64,000 bases of DNA from Oligoflexales bacterium (GTDB lineage: Bacteria > Bdellovibrionota_B > Oligoflexia > Oligoflexales > CAIYRB01), in the NCBI GenBank assembly GCA_041736175.1, contig JBGSUI010000193.1, positions 17,446 to 81,445 on the forward strand, written 5' to 3'. The notes beneath the pieces were generated by a model. It was not told the origin of the DNA. It saw only the letters and a program-made list of their open reading frames with translations, and ran no database searches. The translations under genes and the position numbers were made by a program. Shown here one piece after another: positions 48,488 through 57,741 of the stretch (its first letter is position 1; each line of letters opens with the position of its first letter).

Positions 48488-50089
48488 CTAAAATGATTGT
48501 TGTTCTTGGAAACCAAAATAAACGTCATAGGTCCGACAGCCGACTTTTTCACAACGACCCGGACCGTAAAAAACCCCCTCATAGGCAAAACGAGCCATCA
48601 CATTGGCCCCTGGGGGAGGCTGATCCACTTCCTTAAACTTCAAACCAATGGAGGTGACCGCAACTGCATCTGGTGCATACAACTCCCAAGGATCGGATTC
48701 ACCATTTCCATCACCGTCAAACCAAAGCCTTAATTTCGAAAAAACTGGATCATTTTTATCGATCAATCCATTACCATCCGAATCATACTGTGCAAGGGCT
48801 AAATAGCCATGTTTAGCCAGTGTGCCATCATTAAGTTTGGTGGAATCACCAAATAATTCCGTCCCATCATCGATCATCCCATTTCCATTAAGATCTAACG
48901 TCAGAAAAGCAATATCGTTGCCACCGACCCAGCCCATTTTCTGTTTTTTTCCAGAACCATTATAATCGAAATCCACCAGCGTTTGATGGACCGCTTGTGG
49001 CGGCTGATCCACTGGTCTCCAAGTGAACACTAGGGGCTCACTGACCTTCATGCTAAAACGACACTCTGAAATCTTATTTTTAGAACTGTCCAAAGCCTCA
49101 ACGACCATATCTACCTGGGAGTCATACCAACCTTTTGGGGTCGTAAACTGAGCTAATCTATAGTCATCTTTCCAATATTTGCAATTGGGATTGCTTCCCA
49201 CTAAAGCCACTTCCACTGGATCTGTAGGGTTTTTGACAACACATTCCGGCATAGACGTAATGGGATTAGCCGCTGGCGTCTCGACCGCACTCGATCCAAT
49301 ATCAAATTTTGAAGAGACATTATTTGAGGACCAAGTGTTGTTGATAAAGTGAATCTGCCAAGAAGCTGGTTTTCCTTGGTTGGTGGCGGCAAAGTCGTAG
49401 GGAGATCTCAACTCATACCTATAATCGTAGCTCCCCCCCCTTTGGCTACTAAACTCCCCGCCAATAATTGTATTTGTGGGATTTGAGCTTTTTTTGTAGT
49501 CCCGCATGGTCACTGAGCAAGCACCGCCGGGACGGGGCACTGCTGGCAGGTCCGGCATCTGACACCGAGTCGTCATCCCGTCAAAAATATCAATATCCCT
49601 CATGGCAGCTCCCGTGACTGGATGCATCAAGGGAGTTCCATCTGATTTAAGCGCCTTAGCCATAAATCTAAAATGAGGAATTCTTACCAAAGGCTGTGAT
49701 GTAGGCTCCTCACTACACGTCGTCCATATATTGAAATCACCGACTTTAACTGGATTTTTATGCCCCAGCATCGCCTTGCCTTCGATATTGTAGCCAACAA
49801 TAAATCCCGTTTTTGGGTTTACATATGGACATCGCTGGGCGCTGACAAATCCCCCTATGCGGGCATAAGCTTTATTGATTTCCATGGTATCTTCACAGCT
49901 AAAATTTGTCCTTATATAGTGCCTTAAGGCAACGACATTTTGTTGAACTTCCTGATATTTACCACTCGTGACAACATTCGTTCTCGTTGTCAGATAGGTA
50001 ATGCTGACAACGCCCAAGATCGCAATCGAAATCAGCGTTTCAATAAGGCTAAATCCGTTTTGTTTTCTGCTATGATAGTTTGTTTTCAT
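48488..50089 (-). CDS. Prepilin-type protein with a C-terminal Ca-binding (EF-hand/haemolysin-associated) domain
   Basis: NG|FSLIETLISIAILG; LDLNGNGMIDDGTELFG, YDSDGNGLIDKND, DGDGNGESDPWEL. Confidence 0.8.
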   Translation of the reverse strand: MKTNYHSRKQNGFSLIETLISIAILGVVSITYLTTRTNVVTSGKYQEVQQNVVALRHYIRTNFSCEDTMEINKAYARIGGFVSAQRCPYVNPKTGFIVGYNIEGKAMLGHKNPVKVGDFNIWTTCSEEPTSQPLVRIPHFRFMAKALKSDGTPLMHPVTGAAMRDIDIFDGMTTRCQMPDLPAVPRPGGACSVTMRDYKKSSNPTNTIIGGEFSSQRGGSYDYRYELRSPYDFAATNQGKPASWQIHFINNTWSSNNVSSKFDIGSSAVETPAANPITSMPECVVKNPTDPVEVALVGSNPNCKYWKDDYRLAQFTTPKGWYDSQVDMVVEALDSSKNKISECRFSMKVSEPLVFTWRPVDQPPQAVHQTLVDFDYNGSGKKQKMGWVGGNDIAFLTLDLNGNGMIDDGTELFGDSTKLNDGTLAKHGYLALAQYDSDGNGLIDKNDPVFSKLRLWFDGDGNGESDPWELYAPDAVAVTSIGLKFKEVDQPPPGANVMARFAYEGVFYGPGRCEKVGCRTYDVYFGFQEQQSF

Positions 50090-50143
50090 ATTGTGAATCC
50101 CTCTTGTTTAAGGTAGATTTTTCTATCCGAACTAATTTGTTAA

Positions 50144-51589
50144 TCATGGCGCATCCGAAATTGCTTTTGGATTTATAATTGGGTCTTCTTCTTCGATTAA
50201 AGTGCACCTTGATGGGACATAATTAAGTGGCAACTCTGCCCAACCGTTTTTAGAACTCTTACCGTAAAACAATGCCCTCTCAAGTCCAGTCAGCACCGCC
50301 CTACGCTCTGAAAGGACCGGAAATTGCTTATTCACAGCCGCAGTGTCAATCTGCGCCCTAAAGACCATAAGTTTTCTTTCGCTCTTTGGATCCGATGGAT
50401 CATCCTTGCAAATGGGGTCTAACTTTATCAATTGAAACGAGAAAGTTTCCGCAAATTCCTTCGGATTTCCTGAGCCTATGGCTTGGGCTTGCGCTAAGGT
50501 TGGCACTCGTTCCATAAGATATTTATTGCCACCCTGGGTGCCTTCGAGGAGTAGAGTTTTCCAAAAGCCTCCTGTTTTCTGCATTGCTGCAAGCTGATTA
50601 TTTGTCAAAATCGAAGGAGCTTTATCCAAGATTCCCGTATCGATAAATTCCAATAGGGTTAAGTAGGCAGTTTTAGCCTGATTGGCAGCGACGATTTGAT
50701 CCTTCTTTGCATTCGCAGCAGCTTTCGCTGCAGCAATCTCTGCGGGAGATGGACAGTTTTTAGGGGGTGGCGGCACTGTGGTGGTTCCCGTTGAGGTACC
50801 AGTGGAAGCACCCGTTGAAGTTCCGGTACCTGTTGGAGGGGGCGGTGGCGGTGGGGCTTTACAGGCATCCCTTAAATCTGTAAAAGTTTTGAAGAGAGTT
50901 TTGTATTCCGCTTGCATGGTGACAATTAACTGGGTTGATGCATTGATTTTATTTTGAAGATCTGGATAGATTACGTCTAACAAGATTTTTAAATTTTGAT
51001 TGAAATTAACAGCTAAATCACCGCCCGTAAGTCGGTTAGCGCTGGGAAAGGGGGTGACTTTAGAGTCGATGGATCTGATTTGGTCGCAAGCATACGCCCC
51101 TTGGGGAGTATAGTATGGCGCCTTAGTAGCTGGGTCTATGTAACTCTGTACGCGATAGCACTCCATTCTTTGTTGCATAAGCGACGCCACCTCAACGCCT
51201 TTTGCGGAAGGTGGTAGAGCTCCGTTGAGGATTTGATAGGAAGCCTGCGCTTGAAAAAGCCAATTTCTAAGCTGGCCTATGGAAATTTTTAAGCTAGGAG
51301 AGGAAGTACAGGAGTTTTTGCTGATTTTGACGATACCACCTGGGCAATTAAGTTGTGTGGTGGTTTTTTCTGACATCTCAATGGTAAACGCATTTTGCTT
51401 TTCTCTGATGGCGTAGACTGAATAGTGGTCAGGCTTTTGTAATTCAAAATAAGTAAAAGTGGCCGCTACTGAAAGCAACATCATAACGTACACTAAAGAG
51501 CTGCCTTGTTCAGAAATGCTGCGGTTTTTCTGAGGTAACTTTTTGGGTGTACCTGGATTCTGGTTTTTTTTTGGCCTTATGCTCTTCAT
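50144..51589 (-). CDS. PilX/GspK-like large minor pilin with a Pro/Thr-rich linker
   Basis: EQG|SSLVYVMMLL lacking Glu5; PPPPPPPTGTGTSTGASTGTSTGTTTVPPPP; RBS AGGAG before ATG 51589. Confidence 0.6.
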   Translation of the reverse strand: MKSIRPKKNQNPGTPKKLPQKNRSISEQGSSLVYVMMLLSVAATFTYFELQKPDHYSVYAIREKQNAFTIEMSEKTTTQLNCPGGIVKISKNSCTSSPSLKISIGQLRNWLFQAQASYQILNGALPPSAKGVEVASLMQQRMECYRVQSYIDPATKAPYYTPQGAYACDQIRSIDSKVTPFPSANRLTGGDLAVNFNQNLKILLDVIYPDLQNKINASTQLIVTMQAEYKTLFKTFTDLRDACKAPPPPPPPTGTGTSTGASTGTSTGTTTVPPPPKNCPSPAEIAAAKAAANAKKDQIVAANQAKTAYLTLLEFIDTGILDKAPSILTNNQLAAMQKTGGFWKTLLLEGTQGGNKYLMERVPTLAQAQAIGSGNPKEFAETFSFQLIKLDPICKDDPSDPKSERKLMVFRAQIDTAAVNKQFPVLSERRAVLTGLERALFYGKSSKNGWAELPLNYVPSRCTLIEEEDPIINPKAISDAP

Positions 51590-51946
51590 GACTAACTCCT
51601 CCCCATTAGTTGGTGACAACCTCATGATCGGCATCTGGTCAAAGGTATTTAGCTTTTCCTAAAAATCCGGTTCTTTATGAGAGTTAGACGGGCCCTTAAT
51701 CACAGACGCCAAAAAACTCTGGTAAAACCCCTGGAGAACCAGGAATTCGATAAAATTATTAGAATGTTAACCAGTATTTGGATCGCATCTCTATATGATT
51801 TTATTCATTTGTTTCAATGTGTTACAACTTTTCAACAGTGCTCTTGTGAACTAAATGACAATCACTCCCGATTTACCATTTGCAAAAAGGGCCCAAAAAT
51901 GTACAACACAGGCTCGCGAACTTTCTTATCTTGATGAGGACCTGCA

Positions 51947-53440
51947 GTGGAATTCGATCAAATCAAGTTTCATCTCGATCAGTCAGCTACCATCCGTCTC
52001 CTTCGTAGCGATCACAGCGCCCTCGCCCTAGGTTTTTTTCAGCATGCTTTTAAAAAATCAGGGCGTATTCAGATACCCATGTCGGAGCTTGCCAGCTTGC
52101 TTGATGGATATATCGAGCATCTTCCCCCCGAGTCCCGCAAGGGTTTGACCGGATCCGGAGAGCATTACATTAACCAATGGTGCAGCGACAAACATCGATT
52201 CCTCCGCCGGTATTACGAAAAAGACCAAGATGAACCCATTACGGAACTAACTTTTGATACGGAACGAGCTCTTGAGTGGATGTGGACCCTGGAAAAAAAG
52301 GAGTTTGTAGGGACTCAATCCCGTTTTGGAGCGATTTTTGAGGGTATGCGAAGCATCGTCCAAAAAGCCTCCACCAACCCGGCCGTCCGAATCAACCACC
52401 TAAAGAGCCAACGCCTTGAAATCGACAGCGAGATCCGCGAGATCGAGAAAACCGGACAAGCGCGCCGGATGGATGACACTCTTATCCGAGAGAAGTTCCT
52501 AAACCTGATGGAAGATGCCCGCCGCCTTATCTCCGACTTTAGTTTGGTCGAGGATATCTTTAAAGAGTTGACCACCAACATTAAGAAACGCAAGATTCAA
52601 GAAGCTGTCCAAAGAGGAATCATATTGGGAGAGGTCCTCGACGCATACGATATGCTAGAAGAATCAGACCAGGGCAAAAGTTTTGACGCCTTTTGGCAAT
52701 TTCTGCTTTCGACGGACTACCAAGACAATTTTAAAACCTATGTGGAAGAATTGCTTAAAATCCCTGAAATTATCAATCTTGATCTCCTTAGCCCCCAAAG
52801 ACAATATGCGGAGACCCTCAAGCGTTTTAAAAACCGTTTGTTGTCTACTGGACAAAAAGTTTTAAAATCTAAGACCCGTTTATCAGCCGAACTCCGCCGC
52901 CTCCTCGAGCGAGACAACTTGGCCATGGGCCAAGAGCTGCTGGAGGGGATTCAAGAAATCAAAAAAACGATTTTGGAACAGCCTGAAATCCTCGAGTCAA
53001 GCCGGGAAACCCGGATTTTACTTTCCATCGATTACCTCCCTAAAATCACCCTTCCCTTAGAACGGCCCCTCTGGAAACCTTCAGTACAGGCTACTTTTGC
53101 CGATGTCACCATAGAAAACGGAGGTGAGGTTTTGGCCAAAGAGGCCCTAGGAGACGACCTGACTCCGATGCTTATTTCGGAGCTAGAACGCAAGATCAAC
53201 GCTGCATTGGAAAACCAGACTTCGATCCGGCTCTCGAAAATTTTAGAGTCCCACCCTGTTTCCCATGGAATGTCCGAGCTGATCGGCTATTTTGTCATCG
53301 GTGGCACCCAATTTAAAACTGCTGTCTTAGACGATGACTGGTTTCAGATCCCCTTTATGTCTCCCTCTGGTTACGGACAATGCCGCCTGCCAGAAATCGA
53401 GTTTCAGCGTCAGCGGGCGGGCGTGAGCAGGGGGCGATAG
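51947..53440 (+). CDS. jetA: Wadjet JetA (DUF3375, kleisin-like)
   Basis: IRLLRSDHSALALGF, FLRRYY, EFVGTQSR, SDQGKSFDAFWQFL, LPLERPL, HGMSELIGY; RBS GAGGA. Confidence 0.88.
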   Translation: MEFDQIKFHLDQSATIRLLRSDHSALALGFFQHAFKKSGRIQIPMSELASLLDGYIEHLPPESRKGLTGSGEHYINQWCSDKHRFLRRYYEKDQDEPITELTFDTERALEWMWTLEKKEFVGTQSRFGAIFEGMRSIVQKASTNPAVRINHLKSQRLEIDSEIREIEKTGQARRMDDTLIREKFLNLMEDARRLISDFSLVEDIFKELTTNIKKRKIQEAVQRGIILGEVLDAYDMLEESDQGKSFDAFWQFLLSTDYQDNFKTYVEELLKIPEIINLDLLSPQRQYAETLKRFKNRLLSTGQKVLKSKTRLSAELRRLLERDNLAMGQELLEGIQEIKKTILEQPEILESSRETRILLSIDYLPKITLPLERPLWKPSVQATFADVTIENGGEVLAKEALGDDLTPMLISELERKINAALENQTSIRLSKILESHPVSHGMSELIGYFVIGGTQFKTAVLDDDWFQIPFMSPSGYGQCRLPEIEFQRQRAGVSRGR

Positions 53441-53518
53441 GTGATAGGTAAAGATAAGATAGGTGCTTAGGGAATTATTAAAGAAAATCGTTGTTCTTGA
53501 ATATAGGATGGGACTCAT

Positions 53519-54217
53519 ATGGAACCACAACCACACCTCGCAGGGATTCCCCACGAATCAGCCGTAAGGTTGCAGCCTCTTCTGGTGCGATTACTCCAGG
53601 GGATTGTTTTTTTTGAAGACACCAAGACCTGGCAACAGCTCCTCAACCACGAAGCGCAGGTCCGGCGTTACTTTCAATGCCTAGGTCTACAGCTTTATCT
53701 GAGCCATGACGACGGCTTTGCTTTTCTTAAGAGCGTGCGCCAAGAAGAAGACACGGACACCATGGGTGACGCGGCTAAACCGGGCAAGGACCAGAACGCA
53801 GGCGCGGGAAATCGAGACTGGTCCGACTCCAAGTCTGATATCAAGTCTCTGGTCAGAAAGATTCCCCTGTCCTATGACGTCAGCCTTCTCTGTGTATTAT
53901 TACGAGAGGCTTTGGAGCAGTTTGATACCAGCACTCGGGATGATCACCGGTTGATCCTTAAGGCCACCGATCTCTACGATATGCTCAAGATCTTTTACCC
54001 AGATACGCAGGATTTGGCCAAACAGCAACGACGCTTTGATACCATCATCAGCAAGCTCGAAGACCTGTTGTTTCTTAAAAAACTCGAAGGCCAAACCTCC
54101 GCCTATGAAGTCCGCCGCGTCATCAAGGCCTTTATCGATGGCGATGTTATTCAAAGGATGAAGCAAGTTTTAATCCAAGGGCGTAACCATAAACAAGATG
54201 TCGGCGAGGAACCATAA
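53519..54217 (+). CDS. jetB: Wadjet JetB (DUF4194, KITE-like)
   Basis: LVRLLQG...W..L......VRRYF..LGL.L....DGFAFL; LSYDVSLLCVLLR; YEVRRVIKAFID. Confidence 0.88.
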   Translation: MEPQPHLAGIPHESAVRLQPLLVRLLQGIVFFEDTKTWQQLLNHEAQVRRYFQCLGLQLYLSHDDGFAFLKSVRQEEDTDTMGDAAKPGKDQNAGAGNRDWSDSKSDIKSLVRKIPLSYDVSLLCVLLREALEQFDTSTRDDHRLILKATDLYDMLKIFYPDTQDLAKQQRRFDTIISKLEDLLFLKKLEGQTSAYEVRRVIKAFIDGDVIQRMKQVLIQGRNHKQDVGEEP

Positions 54218-54219
54218 TC

Positions 54220-57200
54220 ATGAGCAAAGCCAACAAGATCCTGACTCCCGAAAACACGCTAAAGGGCTACCGCCTCAGACGACTCGAAGTCCTTAACTGG
54301 GGGACATTCGACCAAAAAGTCTGGCACCTGGACTTTGAAGGCTTTAGCGCTCTCCTTACGGGCGCCAACGGCAGCGGCAAATCCACACTTGTCGATGCCT
54401 TGCTTACTCTTTTGGTGCCCAATCGCAAGCGCAACTACAACCTATCGTCGGGTAGCGACAAGCGAGAGCGAACTGAACTCACCTATGTCCGTGGCGCCTA
54501 TGGTCGAACCCAAAACGAATACAACCAAGGCGAAACCCTCTTCCTGAGGGGCGAAGACCAGTTTACCGTTCTCCTTGGGTCCTTTGTAGGAACCGAGCAA
54601 AATTCCGTCCTCACCCTGGCACAGTTTTTTTGCAGTGAGAGCGGCCAGCTTAAAAAGCTCTTTATCGCCTCCCACAACGATCTTACGATCGCAGAGCATT
54701 TCTCCCAGGTCCGTTCCGTTGCTGATCTCAGGGCCCGCATGCGCAAGCTGCCTACGACGGAGATCTTTAATAAGTTTACCGACTATGAAGACTATTTTGT
54801 AAAGTTTTTCAGCTTTAGATCCCGCAAAGGCCTCGATCTCTTTAATCAGGTGACGACCATTAAAGAGATCGGAAAACTCAACGAGTTTGTCAGGCAAAAC
54901 ATGCTTGATGCCATCGATGCTCCCGAGCAGCTCGACCAACTTTACGGCAACTACCAACATCTCACCCATGCCTACCAAAGCATCCTTAAAGCCAAAAGGC
55001 AGATCGAAGAGCTTAAACCCATCGAAGAGATGGCCGCGCAACTGGGCGAGCACAAAAGCCAGGAGCAGGATCAGAAGCGTCAGTTGCAGATTCTCCCCCT
55101 TATTTTGACCCAGCATCGCCTCGATATTCTCGAAACTGAACGTGTTAAGCTCGAAGAAAAATCCACGGTCCTTGAAGCGCAGGTTCAACAGTTGACTGCC
55201 GAAAAAGCCGCTAGCCAGCGTGAAGAAGAAGAGCTGGTGATCGCACTTAGCCAAGAAAAGGGCCAACAAAACCTCGAAAAACTGGATCTCTCCCTTAAGG
55301 CCATGGGTGAGCGCTACAAAGAACGGCACCGCCGCTACGAAGAGTACCGAGCTTTGGCAGAAGCCCTTGGATACAAACCTGCAGCACAAAGCGAGCGCTT
55401 TGGCAGACTCCTCACCCAAGCCCAACAAGATTTAGACGGCATCGCTGCGTCTATTGACTCAAAGTACCAAGAAATTTACCAACACAAGGCCAAAGAACGA
55501 GCTTTAACAGAACAGATGCAGCTTATGGGCCAAGAACTCACCTCTCTCCGAGGTCGGAAAAACCGACTGCCTTTAGAGCTTGTATCGGTCCGCGAAAAAA
55601 TCGCCCAAAACCTTGGTGTACCCCTGTCCGAGCTGAGCTATGTGGCAGAATTGGTTAAGGTGAAAGATGGCGAGGAAAAGTGGGCAAAGGCGCTCGAAAG
55701 ACTGCTCAATGGTTTTGCCAAACGCCTCTTGGTCCCAGAAGCTCACATCAAAAAAATCAACAAATATGTCAGAGAAAACAACCTCGGCACCCGTCTGGTC
55801 TACGAAGCCGTCAGTTCACAAGAAGACGAGCTTGCCCCGATGCCCTTCAACGGTCGCAAGCCTCGAGGTCCCGCGGAGCACTACGAATATATCATAGACA
55901 AGATCGAGTTTAAGCCACGACTCCTAGGGCTCACCACCTGGATCAAAAACCGAATCACTCGAGACTTCAATCTCGTCTGTACCGAGGACCCCCAGACGTT
56001 TGCCCAGGTCCAGCGAGGCATCACCCCCGAGGGACTCATCAAACGGGGTACACAACACGAAAAAGACGACCGCATCAAGGGCGAGTTTCGCCCCATCTTA
56101 GGTTGGGACAACCAAGACACCTTGGTCAATCTAGCCCAGACCTATAAGACCGTAGAAAAAGAGCATCAAGAGCTTAAAAACGCGACTAAAGAAGCTGAGC
56201 GGAATCTGGCACTGCAGGAAACCCGGCGTCGCCAACTCCAATCTCTGCTCTCCCTTCGACACTTCGAAGATATCGATTGGACAGGTCCCCAAAACGAAAT
56301 CAGCCGCCTTCAAGAACTCAAAGACTCCCTCACTAAGAATGGATCTAAAGCCCATCAGCTACGTTCGCGCCTCGAAGGAGTGCGCTCTGCTGGATTAGGT
56401 TTGTCCCAAAAGCGGGACGAGTTGATGAGTTCTTTGGCGGTCGTCAAAAACCAGCTAGACCGAACTCTCTCGGAAAGCTCCCAAGCGCGGGCAACCCTAG
56501 GCCAACTCACCGCGTCAGCTCCCCAGGGCCCGGACCATGACCTCCTGGTCAAGAATCTGCTGAAAGACCTGGACAAGCGGCTGGGTCTCAAATCCAAGGA
56601 TCAATCTCTTTCTACTTCCCATTCTCCTTCGCTTTCACTAGACAAGATCCAGTCGGTCCATCAAAAATACCAGGAATCCCTCGCTAAAAAGCTCCAAGAA
56701 ATCCAAGTTCAAATCCAATCCATTTCCCTAGGGATCGTCAGCAAACTCTCCCAGTTCAAACTCCAGCACGACGATCTGACCAGCCATCTCACATCCTCTA
56801 TCGAGGCACTGCCAGGCTATCTTAAGATCAAAGCCGACCTGGACCGAGAAGGTCTACCATCCCACGAACTGAGGTTTAGAACCCTGCTCAACAAAAGCGT
56901 CGTCAACGATATCCTAGCTTTTAAGTCCTCCCTTGAAATGTCCTTTGAGGCGATCGAAGAAAGCATCAATCATCTCAATTCTTCCCTCAAAAATATTCCC
57001 TACACCGCCGACACCCATGTCCAGATCGGGTGCGCCGCAACCCGTGACGTGGAGATCAGGGATTTTCAAAACATGCTTCGCAATGCCGTGAGCTTTGGGG
57101 TCTCTGAAACTGCGCCCCTTGACCTCGATGAAAGCTTTCTGCGGGTCAAAGGCATTTTAGACCGCCTTAAAAACGATGATCGGTGGCGCAGCAAAGTCAT

Positions 57201-57741
57201 CGATATCCGCAACTGGGCGGAGTTTTTCGTGGTCGAAAAAAACTCCCTGGACGAACAAACCAACTTTTACTCGGACTCCGCTGGGTTATCAGGTGGTCAA
57301 AAAGCGAAGCTGGCCTTTACCATCCTAGCTTCTGCGGTGGCCTTTCAATACGGGCTTTACCAAGACGGCCCTCGAAGCGATACTTTTAGGCTTGTGGTGA
57401 TTGACGAGGCTTTTAGCAAGTCTGACGAAAAAAATTCCCAATACGCTATGGACCTGTTTACTAAACTTGGATTGCAGCTGATTGTCATCACCCCCCGCGA
57501 CAAACTTTACGTGGTCGAGCCCTATGTCAACCGGGTGTTCCTCACCCAGATGGGCCAAGACCAAAGGTCGGTGGTCAACACCATTCTTATCGACAGCTTT
57601 AAACCTTTGGACGAAGCTCTCAAATCGGAAGACCGCAAAGTGCCCCAAAATCAACGGGACTCTGGACTCCCACCAGCCCCCCTTAAAAATAGCTTAGCGG
57701 CGAAACGCCAACCCCTAAGAGGTCAACATGGCCTCAGGTGA
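54220..57741 (+). CDS. jetC: Wadjet JetC (SMC-like ATPase)
   Basis: LRRLEVLNWGTF, Walker A GANGSGKST, YVRGA, long coiled coils, hinge HEKDDR...LGWDN, LSGGQKAKL, IDEAFSK. Confidence 0.93.
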   Translation: MSKANKILTPENTLKGYRLRRLEVLNWGTFDQKVWHLDFEGFSALLTGANGSGKSTLVDALLTLLVPNRKRNYNLSSGSDKRERTELTYVRGAYGRTQNEYNQGETLFLRGEDQFTVLLGSFVGTEQNSVLTLAQFFCSESGQLKKLFIASHNDLTIAEHFSQVRSVADLRARMRKLPTTEIFNKFTDYEDYFVKFFSFRSRKGLDLFNQVTTIKEIGKLNEFVRQNMLDAIDAPEQLDQLYGNYQHLTHAYQSILKAKRQIEELKPIEEMAAQLGEHKSQEQDQKRQLQILPLILTQHRLDILETERVKLEEKSTVLEAQVQQLTAEKAASQREEEELVIALSQEKGQQNLEKLDLSLKAMGERYKERHRRYEEYRALAEALGYKPAAQSERFGRLLTQAQQDLDGIAASIDSKYQEIYQHKAKERALTEQMQLMGQELTSLRGRKNRLPLELVSVREKIAQNLGVPLSELSYVAELVKVKDGEEKWAKALERLLNGFAKRLLVPEAHIKKINKYVRENNLGTRLVYEAVSSQEDELAPMPFNGRKPRGPAEHYEYIIDKIEFKPRLLGLTTWIKNRITRDFNLVCTEDPQTFAQVQRGITPEGLIKRGTQHEKDDRIKGEFRPILGWDNQDTLVNLAQTYKTVEKEHQELKNATKEAERNLALQETRRRQLQSLLSLRHFEDIDWTGPQNEISRLQELKDSLTKNGSKAHQLRSRLEGVRSAGLGLSQKRDELMSSLAVVKNQLDRTLSESSQARATLGQLTASAPQGPDHDLLVKNLLKDLDKRLGLKSKDQSLSTSHSPSLSLDKIQSVHQKYQESLAKKLQEIQVQIQSISLGIVSKLSQFKLQHDDLTSHLTSSIEALPGYLKIKADLDREGLPSHELRFRTLLNKSVVNDILAFKSSLEMSFEAIEESINHLNSSLKNIPYTADTHVQIGCAATRDVEIRDFQNMLRNAVSFGVSETAPLDLDESFLRVKGILDRLKNDDRWRSKVIDIRNWAEFFVVEKNSLDEQTNFYSDSAGLSGGQKAKLAFTILASAVAFQYGLYQDGPRSDTFRLVVIDEAFSKSDEKNSQYAMDLFTKLGLQLIVITPRDKLYVVEPYVNRVFLTQMGQDQRSVVNTILIDSFKPLDEALKSEDRKVPQNQRDSGLPPAPLKNSLAAKRQPLRGQHGLR

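Noticed and set aside
50760..50860. Short tandem-like DNA repeats
   Set aside because: Explained by the Pro/Thr/Gly linker codons of the PilX-like protein
54442..55428. 328-aa antisense ORF inside jetC
   Set aside because: Shadow ORF explained by codon bias in the coiled-coil region; the same applies to the other nested antisense ORFs
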